A program made the translations under genes and the position numbers. From assembly GCA_036172245.1 (NCBI GenBank), contig JAYWIR010000120.1, forward strand, positions 1-64,000: a stretch of DNA of 64,000 nucleotides, read 5' to 3'. Shown piece by piece: positions 27,301-40,469 of the stretch. The notes under the pieces are model-generated. The model was given only the letters and a program-made list of their open reading frames with translations. It did no database searches and was not told the origin of the DNA. The stretch comes from Raillietiella orientalis (Eukaryota). Each line of letters starts with the position of its first letter. Position 1 is the stretch's first letter.

Positions 27301-30300
27301 TTCAGCTCCTCTTGAAACACTACTGTTTTGAATAGGCTCATCATTAGGCTATTGGATTCCCGTCCGGGAATTCGAGCAGCGTTTTTTCCTTCATTGGACC
27401 CTTTTTTTTTTTGTCTTCCATCTTGGCGGATATTCAGCTGGTTTGATGGCATCGCGGAAAGAATTTCGATTGAACATAAGCTGCTGATGATGACTGTGTA
27501 AGGAAACACCTGGAAAGAGATGAGGGGGGTTTCGCATTTTTTGATCGGTATTTCTTTTTTTGCGGTACCGTACCGAGATTGGCCACTCGCCTAATCTTGG
27601 CACAACATATAGAGGTAGCTGCATGGCCGTTTGGTGTGGAGCGCAGGTTGCACTGCGAGCTTCCGGTGTGCTTCATCAAGGGGGCTGCCTTCGCGGGCGA
27701 GTCGATTCGACGCTCACCACGACCACGGTTCCTCTCTCGTTCTCGCTGTTTGCTCCTCTGAGCCCAACAAACTGTTTGAGATGGGCGATTGAGGGAACTC
27801 CGAGCTGATTGGGCGTTTCTTCGATGGATTTCCGTTTCTTTTCCGTTCACCACTCGGCCTGCGCGCGCCCGTTAGTCTGAAAGATGTCGTCGCTGGAGGA
27901 AGTGATGCGCGCAAGGCAAGAGGTTACTGAGTGGGGAGACACCGACATAACATTGTGTGCGTTGCCGAGTGTCGGTGGTGAATCTCGGAATGTTAGTCCT
28001 CACGTTTTGCCCCTGTCGCCTCTCATTGCATAGCCAGTCTGTGCTTAGCACGTGGGCGTATTTCTGCAAGGGCAGATAGCTGCCCGTTCAGCCAGCTTGC
28101 CTGCTTCGAAGAACCCAATTCCTGCTTGATGTCTCTCGCACACGTATCGGACCGGTTCGAGGGTGCTCCTTAGCTTATTTCTCAGTGAAGCTATAATTGA
28201 TGCTGCTGTGGAAGTATGGCGCAGTATTCTGTTTCTGCGCAGCCCTTTTTAATCTTCTCAGACTGTTTCTGGATAAGGACAGTTTCCTTGTTCAGAGCGA
28301 GTGACCAACCGCAAAAGTGAAGAGGCTTCCTCCGCCCTGATGTTCACAGCGTGTTCTCATTGGAAATATGCTGGATTTCTTCTCTTCCAAGGCGCTCTTC
28401 TTTTCAGTGCATTTTCTTGTTCTTGCATCGCGCGTCCTTCCCTTGAAGCACAGAAATTTCGGTTGGATATTCTTCTTGATGTGTCTGCAGATTTGAGCAG
28501 ATGGACATGAATTCAACATCCAGTGTGGTGGACAGCCGGAATATAATGGGTTCAACCGATTCCGTGCCTCCATCGTTGCATAAAGTTATCCTTGGTGTTG
28601 GCTGTTGCAATGACAGGCTTTCCTCTGTCATGATTTTCGCACCCGATTCATTACCTCATAGTAGTGCGCTTGTTTTCGTGCTCTTGCGGCGTGCTCATTC
28701 CAATGAGCTTACATGAAATCATCGGTCTTCATGGATGACAAGCTTCAGATAAGAGAGCTCGAGGATGTTAGAGAGAGATGGGTTTGCGGTACAGGAATCG
28801 CATTGACGGATGGCACAAGGCGACGGTGTTGTGCCACGGGAAGCAGCGACGGTTAGAGGGCTGCCCTGCAATCTAGCGCTGAATGTATGACTCCATCGTA
28901 ACGTTGCGTGTCACTGCTGGAGCGTCTCCAGCTGTATTGTAACTGAATTCGGCAGTAGGAAAGCTCTGCAAATGCGCGCCACCAAGTGGAAGGGGTTCTC
29001 CGTTTTCCTGGTCCTGCGTATAGCGTGCATCGACTGGTTTTCTTGTTTCTGCACATCCTGAAGTCTTAGTGGTACTGTTTGACCTCGGTGGCTTTGCTCG
29101 TGTCCATTAGAAGTGGTTTGCGAGAGAGTTCTTTCAGTACAGATGGTCTCTGCAAAACTAGCACTTGTTGTTCTTGTTCGAAGGATGCTCACGCGGTTTT
29201 TGTGTTTTGTCTGAAAAGAGAAAACATGGTGACGTTGCGGGAAACGGTGCGCGGCGGCTGAATGATCGAAGGTTTTGCATGCCGCAGCGCAACTCTGCGT
29301 CCGTCAGAAGCTTTGGTTTTCCACTCCAGTCGGCCGCTCCACGACTAACGTGGTTCACGAGCTTGCTGGCGCGTGAAGCGGTTTAACTCGCATGCATGGT
29401 TCGACTCGAGACGTGCATGAGTGTGAGTTGCCGAATGTTAGTTTTCTTGGGACCTTCCTCGGCTGAGGTGTTCCCGATGTCACGGATTACCTTCGAGGAG
29501 AGTGCAGTATCCTTTGCTTCGTGCTTTCTTTTGATAAGAAAAATTGTGTTTTCCGACTTCCAGACAGACGGCTGTTCGAAATTCTGAGTGTGTCGAATTG
29601 TTCCTGTTCGCATGAGAAATCGGCGGTTCGCATACTTGCCAGCTGCACCGAAATGTTCTTTTGGTGCTACAAGTTTTAAGGATGAGGTATCTTCGTGGAC
29701 ACTCGGGCATACAAAGTGTCTGTTTGTGGAAGTATAGTGCTAGTGCTTCAGTGGTCGCTGTTTGCGTGCGTCGACATTATCAGATCCTGCATTTTTTTCT
29801 GTCATCCTTCTTCTTGTCTGCTTCATGCTCTGGCAGCTTCTCTTTTTCTGAGCAATCGGCCCTTTGGTCGTCGCAGGACAACAGCGGAACGTATCGGCTC
29901 GCTGCTTTTAATAGAAGTCCCGAAGCAATTAGTCCCGAAGCGTTCCTTCTGGATTGAGGCTTGCATTCCATTTCGCAGTATTGGAAGGAGAGTTCGTTTC
30001 GAAACGGTTCCTGGCCCTTCTATCGAAGATGATGTTTCCGAACGGACATTTAGTGTTTCCTTTTCCTATCTTTTTCGAACCGTTTTCCGCATGCGCCCCA
30101 CAGCGTTACTGTGGGTTGAGCTTGAGCGGTCTTTTGTTCACGAGATGATCATCGTGGACGTTTCTCATTTCGCAGTGCTGCTGCGTTGCCTCTTTGGACA
30201 GAGCGCGCGCACAAGTAAATTATTTGGCAACACAAGGATGTATTGCATCCGTTATGATGTTTTCGGTTCCGTGCAGGAGCGTCTCTCGCTGTCTTCGGCG

Positions 30301-32885
30301 TCGAAAGTCCCGTTTTCCCGGTGGACGATGAGTCTATCAGTAACCAGGTTCACCCTGCGCGCTGATGATCCCTAACGAACAAGCAGGTTCCAAATCTGCT
30401 CAGGTCCTTTTTACGCAAGAATGCATCAGAAGTATACTGACGTTGCTGTGAAGCTTTCTCACTTCTTGCATGTAGGCGTCACCGTTGAGAGTTCATGTTT
30501 TGCAGAAATCATGATGGATGGTGACCTCGGATGAAATATTGCTTCGATGAATCCAGAAATTGCATTGGAAATGCGAAATTCGTTTGATTCTGCATTTGCA
30601 CTGTAATCTCTGTGTCGAAGTTATCTATTGGCTCTCCTGAATTTGTCTGTTTTTTTTCTCGGGGGGAATAGAATAGCGCGGGCGAAAGGGATGCTCAAAC
30701 TGACATGTTGTCTTTTCTTGTAGATACGCTTACAGGGTAATCTGGGAGGGTTGCTTCACGAAATCCAGCATAAGTGTGCGGAGGAATTTTATACTGCGCT
30801 GTGGTTCTTGTGTGCTCAAATCGGCTCACTTCCGAGTCGACACAGAGATATAACCTCTATACTGCTGTGCTGATTCTTTGCGGAATGTCTTCCTAACCTG
30901 CTCTCCCTCGTTCCGCCTGTTCACATCTTCGCGTTGGACGGTTACTCTGAAGAAACCGGCTGTGGAAGCCTTCTAGCCCCTAGAAGAGATTGGGGTTGGA
31001 TTGTACTACGCGAGGTCCACTGATTGGTTTTGAATCACCGATGAGTTGCCGACGTTTCTCCTTTTCTTGAACATTTCATGTGGAGGCGTATTTAGGGGTC
31101 ATCCTGCAGGAGACTATTGAATCGCTTTCAAGCTTCCTGGGATGTTGGTGGACTAAAAGATGAACGAGGATGCAAAAAATTCTCCGTCCGAAACAAGCAC
31201 TTTTTGTTGCTGCGCAGATGATATCCCTCCGGTTCTGTCCTGTGCGAAAATTGACTGTCGTGCTGCTGGTTTGCAAGGTGACCACTGGGTGTGCGTTTAA
31301 GGCGAGGTTCGCTTTGCATGACATTTGAGAGCGAAGCGTCGTGTACTTTGCCCTGGAAGCGCAGCGCAGCAGCCGTTGGCAACTTCGTGCTTTCATTGGA
31401 TTTTGGGCGCACACCGACTATACTGGTTCGCTTCCTGGTTATTTATTGATGCTGTTTGAGTCGACTGCTGACTGCCTTTTCCGTACTGCGAGGCAGCAAT
31501 GTTAATGCACTTCGAAGGCGGGAATCTGTCCTCGCTGAACTCTTGGTCGACAACCACAGCCGACTCTCATGGGAAGGCATCGGAGCAGGCCATACGATCT
31601 CCATTCTCATTTCGATGCCGCCTTTGGTTTCTGCTGACAAGGGGATAGCACGCGCGCCTGTTGTCGAGAGCAGCCCACGGCATACGCGTATGTCAATATT
31701 CGACAGCTGGTACATTGACGTGGCACTTGACCCTTTCATGCCAAACCCTTGAGTTGCTAGGATATTGCATCTGAAGGAATGTTGGAGCATTCCATTCGAT
31801 TTGTTGCGATGAGAGCGATTGGAATGTGGAACTCGATAGTGCAAGAATATGCTCTGCATGTGTTTGCATTCCGCTAAGTGATGGTTTGCTCTTCTTTCAA
31901 GGGGTCTTTCCCTGTGTTTGTCATGCAAGAATCACGATAGTGTCGACGGGCATTGGAAGCGCGTCGGCAGTGGTCCATTCCAGTCATGAGATGGGAGATC
32001 TTTACGGTGTTCACTGTGAAAGAAATGGTGGGAACAAGGATGGAATAAACGGCTCATGAAATGACATTTATCATCACTTAGCACGTTGAGAAGTGCTAAG
32101 CGGTTTCCCCTATGCACATGTTGCAATGGTTCGGTGAATGCCGCCTCTTTCAAGTGATGCACGCTCGAGGTCATTCTGCGTGAGCCAAGATGGTTACGCA
32201 GAATGCACGTTTCGTGCTTTTTCCTGCATGGGAGCGAGACTTTGTGAAATTTCCATTCTCGATCTCGGCAATGGACATGTTTTCCATGCTTTTTCTGCAC
32301 TTTATTAATTCCTGGAGAAATCGAAACACACTCTGCAAACACTAAAGTGAGTTTGTACTCATGAGGAAATCTCATCCTTGAGTTTCATCTGGTTGCAATG
32401 CTGATGCTCCTCAATCTTGATCCGACAAGACGTCATTGCTGCGAATCCATTTCTGGTGTACTCTGTCTCTGTCGGCTACGGCTCATTAATCGTTTTCTGT
32501 GAGTGCTTGAGTCTCTTCCAGTCTAATGCTTCTGCACGTTCGGATACTTTTCGTCGTTGTTGTGGAGAGAATGCTTTGTCTTTTCCCGTCTTTTTTGTGA
32601 CCCGGTGTGCGCATGCTTAGATGAAAGGCGGATAAAGTTGTCGCTGATGAAGGCGTTTCGAGGAATGGACACGGCAGACCATTGTGCTCGTGTGCTTCTT
32701 TGGTGACCCTGAGAGCGTTGTGCTGTTTTTCCCGTTTTCCGTAGACGTGAGGTTCTCATGCATGATCGCGTTTGCTTGAAAGTGCTTTTCGGTCTTTCTT
32801 CTTAAAGGGTTTTCTGCTCACACAGTGCAGGTTTCGATATGTAGCTGCACCTTTCCAGAGGGACGTAACTGTTGTAGGGCTTGTT
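24368..32885 (+). repeat. Right arm (~8.52 kb) of a large inverted duplication
   Basis: Reverse complement of 13411-21929. Confidence 0.98.
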
Positions 32886-35830
32886 ACTCATGCATAAATC
32901 ATGTGGAATTAGAAAGGGAATCTCTCAGTCTGGACGAGGAAGTGGCACTTTTGTGCAGGTTGCAGTAAACACCTCTGCGTTCCAGGAATTTTAAATGAAT
33001 GTTGCTGTGTCTGTTGACTTGAACGCCGATCATGCTGGAGGTCTCTTGTGACAGTTTATTTTACCTATTTTTCCGGCAATTTTCCCAGCCGCAGCGTTTA
33101 CCCTTTACTTGGATGATGGTTCACTTCTCTTCTGCTACTTTAAGTGGTTCTTGCTACAGTTCTTCTACTGCAGGATCTCAAAGCTCGATGCATTTGACTT
33201 CTTATGCTTCTTGAAGGCCAAGGTGATCACCTGTTTTGAGTCAAAAATAAAAACGGGTGTTTGGGGCGAAGTGAGCTCCACAAACACAAACAGTTTTCAC
33301 TTCTGGTACGCACCCGGGAATTCCAGCCGAATTCACAGGTTGCATTTTTTATCCTGGAATAAGTGGAATTTTCTGTTTTGCCGAAATTTTTTTCTCCACT
33401 TCGGATCGTAAGCCTCACTCAAATTCAAAAGTTAGTTGCTGCTCCTTACGATTGCTGCACGAACTCTAGAATGGAGGGCTATCTTTAAACGGATGCGTTA
33501 TTTCCTTGAAAAATAAATGTTTAGAATGTATTTTGTTATGAATAATTGTTGCACAGCCTTTAGCAAGTAAAACGGAATTACGTTGATTGATTCCAAAGGG
33601 GCTTTTATCTGTTTTTGATACGACAGCGTATCGTGCTTAGGTTTTCCTCCTTGGATTCCCTCATGTGCATTGCATGGATCACACTTGGCAGGGTCCCCAG
33701 AATCGCACTCCTTGCATGCAAACTAGCGTTATTTCGGTATAGTGGCAACACCTTTCGCAATTCATTAGGTGTGTATTGAGGGTTGTTTCCGTCTTTATAC
33801 AGCAGTCGAACACACCGCCGTGCTGCGATGAGCCCCCGAGGCGTTTCTTCTGAATGGAAATTTGCATTCTGTTTTAAAAAATTCCACGAAACGCTTCTGC
33901 GAACACGTCTGCGGAAGATAATTTTCCCTATAGGCAATGAAGCTGCTTTTCCTCGCTTTTTCTTGAAGCTGCACTTGCTTCCTGCAGTATTACTGTGATT
34001 TTGTCTTTTGTGGTTGTTTCGTAAATGTAACTGCAATGAAAAGGATACCTTCACTGCTGACGCAGGGCATTCCTTTCTTGCATTGATGCTCATGTTGTTC
34101 ATGTGGGAAGCATCACATGGTAGGCGTCTGTTTTCACCCTTGGGTGCGCCGCGGCGTTTGTTTCTACAACAAACTAAACATATGTACGCCAGAAGAAACT
34201 CATTCTGTGCTAGCCTCTCTAATTCCGTAGTATAAGATTACCAATTAGGTCTCCCTATTAGCTGATGTTCCATCTCGGTAGCGTGCGCAGGACGTCACTG
34301 CAGTTTTATGGAAGTCCTCGCTAGTAAGCTAGTTTACATGGAGCCGCGAACGCCATGAATTATCTGCGTACACTTTTGAAGGAAGCAAGATGAGCTTTTA
34401 CATTTGTCGATATTCCGCTGATTTTCCGCTTCATACATCTCTTTACTCCTGTGGTTCCTTATTTTCTATGCTGAGAAGCAGGACGTATTCTCTGTAGAGT
34501 TCCGTTGAAACAGCTCATTGCTGATACGCTTTCATATTTTTGGAAGCGTGATGATCCAATCTGCGACAGCTTCCAAGGAAGGCTCACTGATTCTCCTTGG
34601 TGCTCTTTGGACCATGTCAACCTTTTTGGATCATCTTCAAGTCAGCTTGTCGCCTAGGAGACAGTCAAGGCGCAGAAGGATCTTACTTGTGTCAGGGTAA
34701 ACAGAGCATCATGGGAACACGGGCTGAACCTGGAAGACTCCGCATGGCAGAAAAAAATGAAGCTTTAGATGCATTCCTGGGAATCATGAGCTTAAGAAAT
34801 GCCGGGTGGTTCCATTTCCGTCCCTTGAGAACACACACACTTGATAGCTGCTCTATCAATTGTGTGTGCAGTTATTTCTTGCGTCCTGCAGTTATTTCTT
34901 GGTATGCAACTTCTCTTAAAGAAATGGCTTTTGTCGGCGTGTCTCGTTTTCTGAAAAAACACTTTGGGAAAGTATGTGCACCTTGTGAACGGCACATGCA
35001 AATTGATCTATTCTTCCGACGTTACTGTGATCGCGTGGTGTCGATTCAGGAAGTGTAGTCCGTTTTGTCTCATTATAGACATCTCTCTGTTCTTTTCCTT
35101 CTTTCTTCTGTTGTTTGATGATCATTTGCAGGTAGTTGCTTCTGCATTCGGCGCAGAACCGATGCAAGGTGAAGAAATGCCGAGTTTTCATAGTGCGCTC
35201 AGAAGCGCGCATCGAGAGGCGGCATTCTGCATATGAGGGAATTCCCGTAAAGTAACCTTTCAGTCGGTGTTGAAGACTACTGTTATGATGTTTCTCTTTA
35301 TTCCATTCGGCAAAACATAGCTTGTTAGCGTTTCTCTTGTTCCATCTTTCGGAGGTGCGTTCTTTATTTTCTTTATCTTGTCTCGCTGATGAGATGGCAT
35401 AGCGTAAAGATCGCTCCTCCATCTAGCATCTGCTGTTCATAAAAGATATGTGCACAAACATCTCTAGAGAGATCAACGCATTTGCTCGTGTATTAAGTCG
35501 ATTGGTTAACTTTATATATGGTTGCTTCTGTTCCATATAGATAACTGTGCTAAAGGATACACTCTAGAAGTTGTTTGACTTCTATAGTGTATTCAATTTT
35601 CGTTCCTTTTCTTTGATGCACAATTTGTGTTCCCTTGTTACAGTGATTTGTACCTGATTGTATTCCATGCTCAGTAATGAGTTAACTGAATAAGATGAGT
35701 TCAAACACATTTATATTATATTTTTGTAACACACTAACACTGTTTTTCTGAACTCGCAGTGGCACAGCTCTGCAAAAGCTATTTTTTTCCTTCAAAGTGG
35801 CACATAAAGTAAAATAAATTTACACACTAT
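24390..35830 (+). other. Putative spliced host transcription unit, product unidentified; the left arm would be a 3'-truncated copy
   Basis: GC-rich first-exon-like tract ending CAG|GTGAGT (~24615); AAG|GTGCGC (~25303); persistent T-over-A skew with many polypyrimidine-AG sites; strong acceptor at 35130; AATAAA at ~35813. No complete ORF could be assembled. Confidence 0.35.
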
Positions 35831-38800
35831 TTCGCTATATACTTCATAATTCTTTTCAAGACAGAATTGCCGAGACTTGGGCTTAAGACTTCCGAGTTTT
35901 GGGCTTCATCTTTATGGGACATTTTCATACGACCCCGAATACGACTGCTTGCTTTGCTGTATTTGGTAACATACAGAGGAAATTTCTTACGTGACTGTTT
36001 ATTCAAAAGGAAGCTTTTCCTGTCTTTCATGTGCACTAGATGACACTCATGCAGTCGAATCTGTGGAAATTAACTCCGTTCGTGGGCGCTTAACAGAAGC
36101 TCTGAGTATCCGTCGATGAAGCGCTACGAAGAGCGATTGGTTGCGAAGGACTGGCGCCTCGCCCCTCGCGTGGTGGCAAATAGATGTGGAAGTTTCCCTC
36201 AAGGCAGCTTTTCAACTTAACCACGACTTACATATTTCATGTTGACGTTGGCGTGCTAGGTAATTTCTGTGCATTGTGACCAACAACCTCTCTTGACTGT
36301 TTAAGCATGCAAGTGTTGTCTTCCTTGAGATCTTTGTTAGGAAGAGGTCGTTCTGCAGAGCACCTTCTCGGTATCGGAATGTCATCATAATATAGTTTTG
36401 GAGTGTTTCATAATTTAACTTTAGCAGTGCAGCTACAGAGAGTTCTGCTGTGCCAAGGCGCCAACAAAACGAGTCTATGTGCTCTAAAAGCGACTGACTG
36501 AACTTATAAAGCACCATCTAGTGCTTTCTTACTATCTGGAGAAGTCATCTTAGTTGATAAAAGAATGACAACATGGTCACCATTCATGAAACTAAGGTTT
36601 CCTTTCTCATATGTTTTATCGTGGTTCAGATTCTCAGAAACTGAATACATGTCGATCATTTGGATACTCCAATTAGAAACTTCAAATGAGGGTCAGGCAA
36701 TGAAACCTTTCGCGTCCATCGCTCATCGCACAAACTTCTGGTTCGATGCAAAATCCACCTCACAAGCCTGGCAAATCCTTGCAACGTTTGAATAAATTCC
36801 AGCAGTCCTTCTCCAGAAATTCTTCGTTATCCTTACCCTCAAGCCTTTTCGTCAATGTGATCGTACCGAAGGTTTTTACCAGGTTGATTTTCATATTTGT
36901 TTTCCCGATGGGAAGGCGGGAAGCCGTAAGGCTAATGAACGTATCTGGTAGAGGAAATGTGCAGGAAGACCGTAATATCCAACCGAAGCAGAAGTTCATT
37001 TATATAGGCTATCAACTTGTGCGCTCTTAAGTGCTGCTTATTTCAATGGTCATTGTGATTTGCATGTTGAATCCTTGAGACAGCGTAACCGCTCAAGGCA
37101 CTTTATGGCATAATAACTTTGTTCGCAAGGTCCTCATATGAGAAAACTGCTCTGCGAGAATGGTTCCTGTTCCTACCGTTATCAGAAGGATATCTTGGAT
37201 TCCATCCTTGATATAAAATCTACTAGCTCTGCACTCTTCGGCGATTTTCTAAGTAGTGTTCTCTAACGTGAGATGCTTTACAGCAGGTTCGAATAACCTC
37301 TCGGCAATAAGAACATCAAATTTGTGCATGGCAGGAAACAGGCAGAGAACGCTCTCCTTTCCTCCTCAGCTGGAAAAGTTGGCAGAATCACTTCCCCTTT
37401 TTCGATGGTCATGGAACTCTTCGCACTAAGTTCATAGTGGCCATCAGCTGCGCCCAACGCTACTGCCACCGGTTACCTGCTAAAAAAAAAAGTTCTGCGT
37501 GAACCATGGCAAAGCTTCCAGTGTTTCTAGTAAGACTCTGAAGTATGCCAGGCAAAGAATCCGTGTTAGAGGGATCAAGGTTCTTGCAGCATCGGCGAGG
37601 TGCTGTTCATGGTTTTTGACCTCCAGATTTTACAGAAAACCTCCGAATTTGCCAGCAGGCGAGGAGCATGAGTCTCACAAGCAACAGTTTTTAGCAGGTG
37701 CGTACCCTCTTTAGACGCTTGTGCGAATGGAACCTTGCAAATTTCCTGGATGGAACGTAGCTCAAAGTCTGGTGGTATGGGGAGGATTGTCATTACCTCG
37801 TCATGGTTTGACCACGAAACCTTGGGATGCTTGGCTCTGACAGACTTTCTTTGCGCAGAAATGTCAGTGCTCCTAATTTATCGAAGCTTATGAATATGCA
37901 CCTTTTTGTGTGTTGGGGTTCTTGCACCCACCCCATCAGATCCAAAAACACAGATCTAAAAACCGGTCAGCACAAACCAGACGAAGTTGCAGCGCACAGA
38001 CTGTCTCGGTCCTTTACAGCACAGAAAAGGGAACTTCATTGTTCGTTTTCCGACGTCCTCAGCACCTTACCCGTGATATTCGCAAGTTAAAACGAACTTG
38101 TGAAACAAAATGGTTTCCCAGGTGGAGCCATCTCGCGGTGATCCTCAAGTATTTTGCCCTGCGGACTCCATCGCTTCCATTTTTCCCCTTGTTGCGGAGA
38201 GTCACAAGAAATAGCGGCGAAGAGCTGCCTAGCACGTGATAGACGTTGCTCCAGAAACCGTAGAGACCATAGGGCAACTCGGTCAAAAATAAGTTTTTTT
38301 TTCGCAACATTGCAGTTCGAGGCAAACACTTTCTCGAATCCGGTGACGAAGACGTCATATGCGTTCAATTCGAGCTGCGAGTTCAATACGAGATGAGCAA
38401 CGCCGCCTCCTATAACTTTACACGAAAGGCAAATCTTCCCATCCAACAAATATCACCAGAACTTGTGTGTGAGACTCCAGAAGCTGGGCCTAGAACTTGT
38501 CGGTCCTCTGTAGCACCCGTTCACTCCCGTTTGTCTACTCACCTAGAACTTTTCCTTCTGTCGCATTTCTGTTAATAAAGGACATCTCTCTTCTTGTCTT
38601 ATGATGTTGCGCCGATATTTGCCTTCCTGATTGAGACAGCGCTTTGACAAGGGACTTAAACTTCACCAGTGAGATCTTCCGTGGGTTGCTTGCTATCTTT
38701 TTCAGCGACCCACGAGGGTATCTGCTACACTCCAGACAGACGAAACTATTCCGCTTTTGTGTCAACCAGCGATACCAGAGATTTCTGGAAAGTGATTTTT

Positions 38801-39052
38801 GAATGCCGGCAGTGCAGTTTGCAAGGAAGCAAGACATTCATGGGTTCTTCACCGACGCAACCATCTGTACAGTTGCAGAGTTGATAGCTTCAGAAGACTT
38901 CGGTTGCTGGCCATGTAAATTAAAGATGGCTTCTCATGAAAATCCGGCGCGCTTTCGCAAACAACGGCACTACTCGAACTCTTCAAAACTTATTTACTTT
39001 AATAAATGCTCTTGTGAAAATCAAGGATGTTATCACTGAACAGTTTAACGAA

Positions 39053-39660
39053 GGTGGAACTTCCTGTATATATCTCTTGAACGATATTTATTCTTTCATC
39101 CCCAGTACCTGCTTCTTTCAGTATTTCCATGATAGTTTCATGAGGGACTGTGCCGAAGGCACTCGCACAGTCCAAAAATACCGCGCAGAAGTCCTTCGAC
39201 AAACGACACGCAGCAACCATTCTTCTTTGTAGGATGAAGTTTTGTTCAAGCACTACATGAAATGGCAGGAAGCTCTTCTCCTGAGTGCCGACAACTTTAT
39301 TCTCCAGGATCCATCTTCTGAGTTTGAAGGCCAAGCATTTGACATATAGCCTGCAGGCACTGCTGCCAATAGATATTGCCCTCCAGCTGGAGATGTCATC
39401 TGCTGCTGTGAGGTTTTTTGCTATGAGGACCATTCTGGTACACTTCCACTCTTCCGGGATCAGACGAAAACCTCTTATCAGATTAGAAATTGTGAGCTAT
39501 TCAGCTTCTGGATCAATGCTCCTCCTCCCGCCATGCGTGATTTAATCTTTTCCGGGGTATGAGTTCTCCGCACTGCGCAGTATCACCGCTGCCTCCTCGG
39601 GTGAATAAAGATAGGTCCGCGGGGTCAGCGTCGGAGGTATGTATTCTATTAAGGCGTTGG
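39053..39660 (-). mobile_element. RLE-type (NeSL/Utopia-like) non-LTR retrotransposon RT fragment, decayed
   Basis: SPEEAAVILRSAENSYPGKD..IDP..IPEEWKCTRMVLIAK..WRAISI..QEKSFLPFHVVLEQNFILQ..FCAVFLDCASAFGTVPH..IYTGSST: RT domains 0-3 in R2/NeSL style, unlike the Tx1-like elements. Confidence 0.8.
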
Positions 39661-40469
39661 AACCCTGGTAGTTTGCTGCAACACGTTTTCTTTGTGGAGC
39701 AAAATACATTGTTCTCAGCATAGCCACACACACGTGCACATATACGTATGTGTATACGCATTCATGTATGTGTATCTACTTCAAATTCATTTTTAGAATT
39801 TTCGAAATTTCGATATTCGAATTAAATCAATATTTCACTCACAACTGAGATATAATAGTCTTTTCCACTCTTCGGAGAAGAGCTGGAATTATCCTCATAC
39901 TCTAAAGTAGCCTAGGAAGACATATTTAATGTTCAGCAATGAATCGGATGAATGATCACACTCCTCCAGCATCATCCACTCGCATGCACTGTGATATTGA
40001 TGACCTTATTTGAAAGTGACTGTCGGGGTATGTCCAGCTGGTAAAACCCAAGTTTATTCATGAACTACAGGGTATGGAGGGTCAAGAACTTTGCCGCAAG
40101 CGAAATTCGTCGTTTCGGAGCTGACGCTGCAATTGTTTATGCTTCAAAATGGCTGCACATCCGTCCGAATGTGGAACACAAATGTCTCTCTTGCGGACTG
40201 TGCTTTAAAGAGTTTTTTGGAGGTGTAATCAAAAAATTTACCTAAGAATTATTGCCTGGACTCATTATGTGGTCTATTATGAAATAATTAGAAATAATAT
40301 AAAAATAATATGAAATAATAACAAACAGAAGGTGTTACTCATGATGTTTACAAAATGTTTTCCTTCCTAGAAGTGGTCCGAAAGCGCCATACGAAGCAAA
40401 ATGCCTCGAAGGAGCAGCTTTTCTCGAGTAGTGCGCGCAATGACGTTGGTACAAACAAGATAGGCAAAG

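Noticed and set aside
13537..32759. Mirrored 60-230 aa ORFs in the arms as conserved genes
   Set aside because: Their identity simply reflects the recent duplication; no recognisable domains, and one is broken by an arm-specific stop
13411..32885. Palindrome as a Polinton/Maverick, Foldback or giant TIR transposon
   Set aside because: No polB, integrase or transposase, no internal tandem subrepeats, no TSD; the arms look like ordinary gene/intron DNA
39725..39830. CA/TA-rich low-complexity tract and TTCGAA-like repeats
   Set aside because: Too short and degenerate to call a MITE end or regulatory element
40268..40325. AAATAAT-type repeats
   Set aside because: Simple AT-rich low-complexity sequence
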